64,000 bases of DNA from Dudresnaya verticillata. Its lineage: Eukaryota. How positions within the stretch are numbered: position 1 is the stretch's first letter; every line of letters begins with the position of its first letter. Made by a program: the position numbers and the translations under genes. This document shows positions 1-9,302 of this stretch, piece by piece. The stretch spans positions 682,001-746,000 of the forward strand of contig OZ374560.1 of NCBI GenBank assembly GCA_977862235.1, read 5' to 3'. Below the pieces are notes generated by a model. It searched no databases, was not told where the DNA came from, and saw only the letters and a program-made list of their open reading frames with translations.

Positions 1-1061
1 GAGACAAAGCCGCTACCTCGCCATCGCGCGTGACAGGTGTCGACGCCTCACGCACGCAAGGTAAGGGGCGCTGACTAGCGGCTACCGAAGCCGCTAACCA
101 GCGCCGCGCAGGCGGCGCTACCTTCGCTCACGCCAGTGCAACCCAACGTGCCAGCCGCAGCGGCTGCTGAGCGAGGAGGGGTCACACCAGCGTGGGTGCA
201 GAGCGGGCGCGTCGGCGCGCCCAAGGCCGTTGCTGTCGAAGCGAAGCGGTGTGGGACAAAGGGCAGCAGCCCGATCGCCATCTCACTCGGGTGCACCGAA
301 GTGCCGTTGCACTCGATGTGCAACGGCACCGCAAAAGCGTGCGTCACGTTTGGCGTGCGTCCCGGCGCGGGGCGCACGCAGCGCATCGAGCGTGAAAAGT
401 GTTCCGGCTACAGTACATACTGTAGCCAGGGGGTTGGGAAACACCCAACCAGGCCAGCGGACCGGAAGACAACAGCCAATGACAGGGGTTGCGAAAAAAT
501 CCCCAGCCAACGATTGACTATAATTTGGGCGCAAACCGCCTCCAGGCGGGGAGCAACAGCAGCGGCTGATCGAGTAGCCAGGAGCGGCACGCCGCCGGCA
601 AGTGGGCGTGAGGCAGCGGCCTCGCCGAAGCTAGCCGCAGTGGCACCAGGCGCTCAAGACGGGCGCACAAGGGCTACCACTGTGGCCCCCCATGCCAAGG
701 CGGCATAACGCGCAGCGGCGCTGGGGAGCCACATGGGATCGGCACGCTTGCATATTGCACCTGAGCAGCGGCTCACGCAACCCCCGCGCCGAGACGACCG
801 CTGTCGTAGCGCCGTGGAGACACACGCGAGCTCGATGCGCGCGCGCAGAACTCACCTTGGGCAGCGGCCCGACGTGGCGAGCTGCAGCGCCGGCGATCGC
901 TTTCGCCAAAAGAAGTTTGCATCAACGCGGGCCGAAGCCATATCCCACCCCTTTCCCTTTAAACATGTCTATAGACGCAGCGGCGTAACTGGACTAAAAG
1001 GCGCAGCGGCGCTCTAATCGCTGGGTACCGTGGCACCCGCGAGCACTATGCGTCGATCGCA

Positions 1062-3232
1062 TTATTGGGCAGCGCTGCCCCCGGTCCCCGCTCCCGGCTG
1101 TGCAGTCGTCGACGACGTAAAGCCAGGGGCGGAGGGGTCATAGCCGGTCACCTCGGTCGCAGCGTGCGGCTGAGCTGGCGCAGCAGCGACCGCCGCGGTA
1201 CCCGACACGCGGTACACCGCAGCGGCGCCAGCGGCGCGCCCGCTAACCCAGCGGGGCTCACTTGCCCCACTGGGGGACCATACCCCTGCGGCACGTAGCC
1301 CGGGGGACGGGCGCAGTGGCGCCCGGCTGCTGTGGGACTCCACCGCCCTGCACCACCATCGATGGGGTGTAGCGGGAGGGACCCCATGGGAGCACATGGC
1401 CGGCGGGCCGGGAGGCATAAGGCAGCATCGGTTGCTGCGCAGCCTGCGCTGGCGCATACGACGGCATCGGCTGCTGCGTCGGAGCCAGCATTGGGGGCGG
1501 CTGATACACCTCCCGTGCCCGCTTGCAGAGGGATCCAACGACTGGGGACGAGCGGGCAGCGCGCCTCAGCTTCCCTGTAGTCGTTGCGCATCGTGCACAA
1601 ACCTATCCCGCTCGGTGCGGTAGCGGAGGGAAATGGAGTTCGCAGCGGCGAAATCGTCATGCGTCCCCGTTATCTGTACCGCAAAGGCGGTAAAAAGAGT
1701 GCGCGACGGTGCGTCCTCACCCAACTGTACCAGCGCAGCGGCGCGGCGTACGTTTTGGTCACTCCAGAGGCTCGCCGCCGCCGGCACGTCGATCGCATCA
1801 GTTGTCGGTGGCGGCACATAAGCGGCCACCGCCATCGACGGCGGTGGGCCATATCTCACCGCCTGCCTCGACTGCGTATAGGCAGCGGGCAGCGGATCGG
1901 CCGCTGCCTACCGCTCCTGACCTCCACCCATGGCAGCGGCCGGGGGAGGCGGTGTCACAGCTCGGGGTGCCGGTGCCGCGACGCATGGCACCGGTGGTAG
2001 GTAGGGCTCGGCCGCCGAGGCCATAACGGCAGCGGCCGACTTGGATGCTCCACCTATGCCCCGACGGGCGCGCGGCCTGGCGGCCCGCTCGATGCGGGCC
2101 ATGTCCGCCATCGAGGCGTATCCACGATCCTTCCGCGGCGCGCGCGCATTGGATCTTGTGAAAGGTCCCCACCACCGGGTTGACCCCGCAAATGAACGCA
2201 TCGACAAGTGTTGCGAAGTGGCGGCGACGGGTGTGCTTCTGTCTGGCAGTGGCCACGAAGCGCGTCGTGTTCAGCAGCTGCTTGGACTCGAACATCACCG
2301 ATGTGTTGTCCGGGCCTGCCGAGCCTCGGAGGCGTGGAAAGCCCTGGCGCCTGCTGCGCCATAAGACATAGAGGTACACCAAGATGCGGTCGTCGAGGAC
2401 CCAACAGATTTCCTTCGACAGGATGTCGTAGGCGTAGCGACGCCCCGCCTCGAAGGCACACTCGTCGGAGCGCCTAGCGAGGAGCTCTCGACGAACTGCC
2501 TCATTCCCCGCCGTGGCGTAGTGGAAATACCGCTCGACGCTGGGCCACGGGACGATCATGCCAGCGGGCACGTCCCGGTGGGAATACCACTCCGCGGAGG
2601 GAAACCACGACGCGTCGAGCGCCGGGTGCAAGCTTGCACCCGTGGTGATGCGTCCACCGGGGGCGCGGCAGGTCGCCAGTCCCGCTCCCCCATACACACG
2701 CCGAGGAGGCGGCGTACGCAGTCGGCATCGGATAGACCTCGCGCCTCCTCCGGCGTCTCCTCGATGGGGATGTCCCTCAGCCAGGCAAACAAGGCCGCGA
2801 GGGGCTTGTGGAACCCATCGACGGGTTTCACAAAAAGGGCTTCGGCGCCCTTATCCATGATCAGCAGCTGCTTGATCGTGGTGACGAACGAGACGTCACA
2901 CGGTAGGCCGTTCGGTACGAGCCATACCGGCGATGCGGGCATGAAGGCGTTGTAGGCAGCGGGCCCGCCATCATCGCTCGCATTTGCCACACGCAGGAGA
3001 CCGAAGCGGCAGCGGGGCCAGTGGGCACCGAAGCCGCCACCGTGGCGAGCGGTGGATGTGGCAGCGAAGCGGCGCTCTTCCCAGGCGCATCCTGCGCCTG
3101 GGGTTGTTGGTCAGCCGCCACCGGTTCCGTCGGTGCAGCCGTCGATGGCGCACCAACGGCCGGCGGCGGCGTGGTTGCGGGCGCCCCTTCGTCAGGGGCA
3201 CTCCGAATGGCAGACGAGCGCGTCTTAGCCAT
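1062..3232 (-). pseudogene. Frameshifted antisense accessory ORF of element E (~700 codons, unknown function)
   Basis: Chain of minus-strand ORF pieces (2861-3376, 2556-2990, 1798-2697, 1908-2207, 1566-1859, 1258-1509, 1062-1538) that reads as one protein from ATG 3232 (MAKTRSS...): Pro/Ala-rich N-terminus, globular-looking middle, Pro/Gln/Tyr-rich C-terminus. Confidence 0.5.
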
Positions 3233-3557
3233 CCATATCGCCGCACGTCGACGTGGGCGATCGCGTCGAGTCGAAGGGGGCGGAGGTAGCGTAGCACGAC
3301 ACACACACACGACAGCGGTCACTGGTGTGCGGAGGCGTGTGGGCGAGGGGAAGGTCGTGGAGAGCGATACCCGCAACCTCCCCAGCTCTAACTACGCGGT
3401 GATCCTTATGGGCAGCGGCGCAGACGGGCCGGAACGCGCATACACCATCGACGGGCGCGCGCGTGCAAATCACTGTCAACGACCACTCAGGATTGCCACC
3501 GTGGCCCAGGGAAACCTCAACGGCCGTGACCGGCGCGCTCACGCTTGAAGGGGGCCG

Positions 3558-4246
3558 TGATGTTATAGCTGTCAGCAAACTATCAGCAGCGGCTGTAAGG
3601 TATGCTGGCAGCCCTGCACTGTAATGGTGCACACGATGACGCCCGCTGGCGAGTCGTGGTTGGGCAGCGTGCCCTTATTTTTTTCGCTGATTTAGTAGCG
3701 GTCGACCGCATTGCTGCCGGCAGCGGTCGCGCGCCGTGCCGCACACGGCGCGCCCCAGTGACGCTCTCCGGCATCGAGCCGTTGAGAGGGCCGCTGCCCG
3801 TTACGCCCCGCGAGCGCCCACGGGTAGCCGTTACCCGGACGTGTTGGCACTTGTATGGGCGCGCGCTCGCACACCTCCCGCGTTGGTGTTGTGGGGCGCA
3901 CCTACTGTAGAGTAGTCGTAGTGCACATAGTGTAGGGTATTTAAGGCCGTCGGCCATCGACGGATCAGTAAACCGGGCAAGCAACAGCTCGCGCAGAAGC
4001 TTTCCCCCAGCCTCTTCGGGTTCGATCCCTTTTCCCTACGCCAGCGGGCGGTTTCCCATTTCTCCCTTGCATCGCTAGGCTTTTCCCCTTTCCTTTTCCT
4101 TTCCGTCGGCTTCGTGCCACCCTTCAACGGGGACGCTGGGATCCGGCCGCTGCCTACCCGCGTACGGTACGCCCCGTGCGCGCTCCGGCATAGATGCCGT
4201 CGATCTGCACCTGCGGGGCGCACGCGACCAACAGCGCTCTACCACA
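3558..4246 (+). repeat. 3' LTR of element E
   Basis: TG start directly after the PPT and CA end. Contains a TATA-like gtatttaag, a hairpin, agtaaa and a pyrimidine tract, the same layout as the LTRs of B, F and H. Confidence 0.6.
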
Positions 4247-4700
4247 CACAACAGCTACCCATCGACCTTTCTGTGTAGTGGCTTCGGACCAGCAAGTATT
4301 AGACGTCGGATCTTCCCGACGTCTATACTGCAACTATATCTAGAGGGATACTGTACACACACACCATGACCACTTGCGATACAGCTATCGGAACCTGGGA
4401 TCGACTGAGAAGTGGAAGACGGTCAGCATAGTACTGTAGCTACGACGAAGTAGCATAACCTTATACATAAGGAGGCTACGGGCTGCTCCTCACACACCGT
4501 CTGTGGCAAGTTCCGTCCTTTCTCCCACCCATACACTCCTTTCCATTCAAGCTTTCATGACACAAGTTTCCGTCCTTTCTGGGACCAGCTGTCCCCCCTT
4601 TTTTAGCCTCGCCAAAATAGTACTAACTAGCATTACTCATTTCTGGAAGAAGTGCGGCTTTACCAATAAAGGCTACATTTCCTTTTCAGCAGAAATCCAG

Positions 4701-6212
4701 AAGCTTCTTATGGGGCGTAGCAAGTACTGGGCTCTAGGCGGCGGTCTACCGGCTTACGCCGGTTATCAGCGGCTGCAAGCGCAGTTTAGAACTAAAGAAG
4801 TGAGACGAGTAAGATGGCACAAGACAGTTTGTACCCATAGCTAGCACCTGAAACAACAAAACAATAAACAATACGAAGACCCTCTACAACATAAGATTTG
4901 GCTTGCTCTTTGCGATTGATTTATCTCAGACAAAGAGACAATGTTGGAAAAACAGACTGTACTACTAACAGATAAGGGGAGCCTTTGCCAACATGTATAA
5001 GCTGCTGGCATGGATTCCCCATCTTGAGAATTCACATACGAGTATGGGCCTTCTGAAAGCCGCAGCTGCTTGGGACGCTAGTCCAAGCATGCAGGTTCTT
5101 CCACAGCACTCAATACAAAGGAACACAGAAGGCATGATCCCTGTCACAGAACGAATATTGGTACATCTGCATGTTGCAGTCACTATCCGTCTGACACGGA
5201 AACAGCTCCTTCATGAACTTGATCATGGTTTGCAGATTTACCTCCGGGCGCTTCGCGGCCTGCTTCACTGCAGCAGCATTAACAGCGCCGGAGACGAGGA
5301 GAATCATGAAAAGCATAGCGAACATCTTGAACAGAGCCATTTTTGTGGAAGTGGGATAGGAGCGTAAAGACTACTGATGAAAGAAGGTTGCAGAGGAGGA
5401 AAAGTTGATGAGCGGCAATTTTCGCTCAAAATGAAACCTTGCGTCAGTATTTATACAGTAGTCACAACATCGTGCTCACCAAGAGAAAGAGAAGTACTGC
5501 TCTGAAATGCAAGATTGGGATCTGGCGTACGGACATGATCTTAGAGCGGTCAAGAAGGTGAATCTGCGCTCAGATACTGTGCGGGAACTGCTCTGAGGAA
5601 GAGGAGGATGTAACCTTTGTTAACAACCTTGTCCGCCTTCAGGACACAACCGCTTCTGCGATTGCAGAAACAGACACTGACGCACAGAGCGCTCCATATG
5701 CAATCTATCACGTTGATGAAAAGTTCATACAGCATAGATTTGTATGAGCTCCCATGCCGCCCGGATTACGCATACTCGATAGTGACAGGAAGAAACGTTT
5801 CTGAATAATCTGTCCGCATAGAAGCAACTGCAGAACATTTTCTCAAGAAGACGAGCTTCCGTCTTGGCGTCTCCGATGACTACTGTATCCGAGCCCTAGA
5901 TAATACCACAAGCGGAAGAGACTACGAGGTAGAACAGGGGTGCTGAGAAGGCCCCGACGGTTCACAGTAGTGGCGACGTGTTAGAGTACAAACGAAACTA
6001 GACGAGTGGGGAGAGAGAGTTGTTTTCAAGCTTTGACCTTCATCGTAAGAGCTTTTTCAGCAAAGCAGGAGCTGTCGAAGGACTTGGTACTTTGTTTGCG
6101 CCGACAGAGAGCGATGCATGCGCGACCAATGTGACCTAACACGTCGCCACATGCGGCCAGAATGAAACAGGCAGTCGCTTGCGCTACAGAGAATAAACTT
6201 CGAGAGCTGTCA
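4701..6212. repeat. Left arm of large inverted repeat
   Basis: Reverse complement of 7327-8838. All mirrored ORFs have coordinate sum 13539, so no net indels. About a dozen scattered substitutions seen by eye, plus a cluster at the inner end. Confidence 0.97.
5110..5340 (-). CDS. Secreted cysteine-rich peptide, copy 1 (76 aa)
   Basis: ATG start, hydrophobic signal peptide ending AVNA, C-terminal C-x5-C-x9-C-x6-C motif, TATA box at 5448-5455 on the minus strand. Confidence 0.7.
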   Translation of the reverse strand: MALFKMFAMLFMILLVSGAVNAAAVKQAAKRPEVNLQTMIKFMKELFPCQTDSDCNMQMYQYSFCDRDHAFCVPLY

Positions 6213-6291
6213 TACATACACGAAATTTTATATGGTGTTCTATAGTAAATTTCTATAGCATATATCTACGACCCGTATAGTATACAGTATA

Positions 6292-6899
6292 TACAGATCA
6301 GACAGATCAGGGTTCATTCTACTTTCTTCCTCCGCTGCCTACACTCACCGTCATCGCCGTTATGCCGGCGCCCGCACGCGGCGACGTTGTCGCTGGCGAG
6401 GCGGGTGCCGGTACCGCTCTACCTCATCGCTTACGGCGATTCGATTACCAACGCGACGCGCTCTCTGCAACTACTCCGGTGTCTGCTATGTTTCGAGTGC
6501 CTTCCCTCGCCCCCGGCGCACGAACGGGCCGAACCGGGAATGGCGAGCAAAGGGGCCCGGACATGCTTGGCGCAGCGCGACTTGCCAGACCCTGCCGCAC
6601 CCAACCCACTCCGTTGTTTGACTTCGGAAAGCGAGGGGTCCCCGCAAGCCAAGCTGCTCCGCCGGCCGATGGAGAAGTCAAGAGTCCGCCCGCCGCCGTC
6701 GTCGTATGCTGCTGTAATGCGATAGAGGTGTCTACAGTCGAAGTTTTTCAAGCGACGTGTACCAATGGCAACAGTGGTATGTGCCGTGGAATTTTCTTCG
6801 AAAATTCTCAAGGGTCTCAGGTAGGTCCTTGTGTAGACGGGGCGGCGACTTAGCGCCCTTCGAACCCTACCATAAAGTTCCCAAAAAAAAAAAAAAAAA
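6292..6899 (+). mobile_element. SINE-like or 5'-truncated non-LTR retroposon
   Basis: Ends in a 17-A tail (6883-6899) and is flanked by the direct repeat tacagtata (6283-6291 and 6900-6908). Has a 3' stem-loop ggcg-acttag-cgcc. A related tail occurs at 23110-23151. Confidence 0.7.
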
Positions 6900-8083
6900 T
6901 ACAGTATAGACCCGGCGACCCGGCGACCCCGATTCAGTTTACAAATGTGCAGGGAGCTTTGCTGGGGCGCGCGTTTGATGGTGGTGTGAATGCACGGGTT
7001 TGCGCATTTGAGGGGTGAAATGGGTGGTGTTGGGCGGGCACGCAGTCCGCTTTCCTTTGTGCGGCGACTCACTTCGGAAGCAAAAGGGCACGCACTTTTG
7101 CGGCATTACAGACGGAGATCTGGTACTGTTGCTGCCCAATAATAATCAATCTTGAGCTGCCTGTGATCACCTGCAATCGTGCATCGTGGCATTGAGATAT
7201 GAAATGGACATCAGTGGTTCGGTTGCTATCAGCTATTTGTGTCTGGGCCTCGTATTTGTGGGAAAGGACTACTGGTGAACTGATTTGCGGGTCGCCGGGT
7301 CGTAGATATATACTATTGCAGCTTTTTGACAGCTCTCGATAATTGTTCTCTCTGGCGCAAGCGATTGCCTGTTTCATTCTGGCCGCATGTGGCGACGTGT
7401 TAGGTCACATTGGTCGCGCATGCATCGCTCTCTGTCGGCGCAAACAAAGTACCAAGTCCTTCGACAGCTCCTGCTTTGCTGAAAAAGCTCTTACGATGAA
7501 GGTCAAAGCTTGAAAACAACTCTCTCTCCCCACTCGTCTAGTTTCGTTTGTACTCTAACACGTCGCCACTACTGTGAACCGTCGGGGCCTTCTCAGCACC
7601 CCTGTTCTACCTCGTAGTCTCTTCCGCTTGTGGTATTATCTAGGGCTCGGATACAGTAGTCATCGGAGACGCCAAGACGGAAGCTCGTCTTCTTGAGAAA
7701 ATGTTCTGCAGTTGCTTCTATGCGGACAGATTATTCAGAAACGTTTCTTCCTGTCACTATCGAGTATGCGTAATCCGGGCGGCATGGGAGCTCATACAAA
7801 TCTATGCTGTATGAACTTTTCATCAACGTGATAGATTGCATATGGAGCGCTCTGTGCGTCAGTGTCTGTTTCTGCAATCACAGAAGCGGTTGTGTCCTGA
7901 AGGCGGACAAGGTTGTTAACAAAGGTTACATCCTCCTCTTCCTCAGAGCAGTTCCCGCACAGTATCTGAGCGCAGATTCACCTTCTTGACCGCTCTAAGA
8001 TCATGTCCGTACGCCAGATCCCAATCTTGCATTTCAGAGCTGTACTTCTCTTTCTCTTGGTGAGCACGATGTTGTGACTACTG

Positions 8084-8091
8084 TATAAATA
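8084..8091 (+). promoter_or_regulatory. TATA box of the peptide gene (mirror copy at 5448-5455)
   Basis: TATAAATA about 110 bp upstream of ATG 8199. Confidence 0.5.
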
Positions 8092-8198
8092 CTGACGCAA
8101 GGTTTCATTTTGAGCGAAAATTGCCGCTCATCAACTTTTCCTCCTCTACAACCTTCTTTCATCAGTAGTCTTTACGCTCCTATCCCACTCCCACAAAA

Positions 8199-8429
8199 AT
8201 GGCTCTGTTCAAGATGTTCGCTATGCTTTTCATGATTCTCCTCGTCTCCGGCGCTGTTAATGCTGCTGCAGTGAAGCAGGCCGCGAAGCGCCCGGAGGTA
8301 AATCTGCAAACCATGATCAAGTTCATGAAGGGGCTGTTTCCGTGTCAAACGGATAGTGACTGCAACATGCAGATGTACCAATATTCGTTCTGTGACAGGG
8401 ATCATGCCTTCTGTGTTCCTTTGTATTGA
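8199..8429 (+). CDS. Secreted cysteine-rich peptide, copy 2 (76 aa)
   Basis: Identical to copy 1 except E45G. Signal peptide plus 4-Cys motif. Confidence 0.7.
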   Translation: MALFKMFAMLFMILLVSGAVNAAAVKQAAKRPEVNLQTMIKFMKGLFPCQTDSDCNMQMYQYSFCDRDHAFCVPLY

Positions 8430-8838
8430 GTGCTGTGGAAGAACCTGCATGCTTGGACTAGCGTCCCAAGCAGCTGCGGCTTTCAGAAGGCCCATACTCG
8501 TATGTGAATTCTCAAGATGGGGAATCCATGCCAGCAGCTTATACATGTTGGCAAAGGCTCCCCTTATCTGTTAGTAGTACAGTCTGTTTTTCCAACATTG
8601 TCTCTTTGTCTGAGATAAATCAATCGCAAAGAGCAAGCCAAATCTTATGTTGTAGAGGGTCTTCGTATTGTTTATTGTTTTGTTGTTTCAGGTGCTAGCT
8701 ATGGGTACAAACTGTCTTGTGCCATCTTACTCATCTCACTTCTTTAGTTCTAAACTGCGCTTGCAGCCACTGATAACCGGCGTAAGCCGGTAGACCGTCG
8801 CCTAGAGCCCAGTACTTGCTACGCCCCATAAGGAGCTT

Positions 8839-9302
8839 TGTACACCGTAACGGAGCTATTTGGATTCCTGACTCCGCTACGGACTTACAACTCCGCACGT
8901 GCATCATCGCGCAAACCGGACGGAACGGCTACCGTGGCCGCAAATCCACCGTCAAGGTGTTGCGTGGGCAATTCTACTGGCTCACGCTTCATGCCGACGT
9001 CGGATCCTTCGTTCGGGCTTGCATCCACTGTCTTTCGACAGTCTGAGGGGGGAAAATACCCCGCCCGTTCGGACCCTCCTTATTTGGTACCGCTCCGAAT
9101 CGGTTAGTGCAGTTCGACTATATTGAAGTTGGGCCAAGCCGTGACGGTGCCAAATACATCCTGATGCTGCGGGATGACCATTCCGAGTATGCATGGTTCT
9201 TCCCCACAGCCGACATCGCAGCCGAAGCTTTTGCCTTCACCCTGTAGGTTACCGCAAGTTACCTGGCTAGGAGTTCCCCTCCAGCCATCACAGTGATGCA
9301 CA
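8839..9302 (+). mobile_element. Gypsy integrase fragment inserted with TG...CA ends and 5-bp TSD AGCTT
   Basis: Translates VHRNGAIWIP...RACIHCLSTV*GGKIPRP...QFDYIE, a degenerate HHCC finger plus the start of the core, similar to 34415-34700. AGCTT at 8834-8838 and 9303-9307. Confidence 0.65.

Larger units (their letters stand above)
1..4246 (+). mobile_element. 3' part of an LTR retrotransposon (element E), truncated by the window start
   Basis: PPT gaagggggccg (3547-3557), the same as in element B, is followed by an LTR-like block ending ctaccaca. A degraded antisense ORF lies upstream of the PPT, in the same position as in B and D. Confidence 0.65.
7327..8838. repeat. Right arm of large inverted repeat
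   Basis: Reverse complement of 4701-6212. Confidence 0.97.

Noticed and set aside
4247..4600. Hairpin (4300-4325) and repeated caagtt(t)ccgtcctttct, possibly another LTR
   Set aside because: No partner, TSD or defined ends in the window.
4841..5808. Other mirrored short ORFs in the palindrome (124, 72, 64 and 61 aa)
   Set aside because: They are duplicated only because the arm is duplicated, show no motifs, and the 124-aa ORF is antisense to the peptide gene.
6909..7301. MITE with gacccggcgacccg TIRs
   Set aside because: Better explained as the innermost part of the large palindrome, displaced by the retroposon.
4702..8837. AGCT as a TSD of a foldback transposon
   Set aside because: AGCT is self-complementary and part of the arms; inverted homology continues further out.
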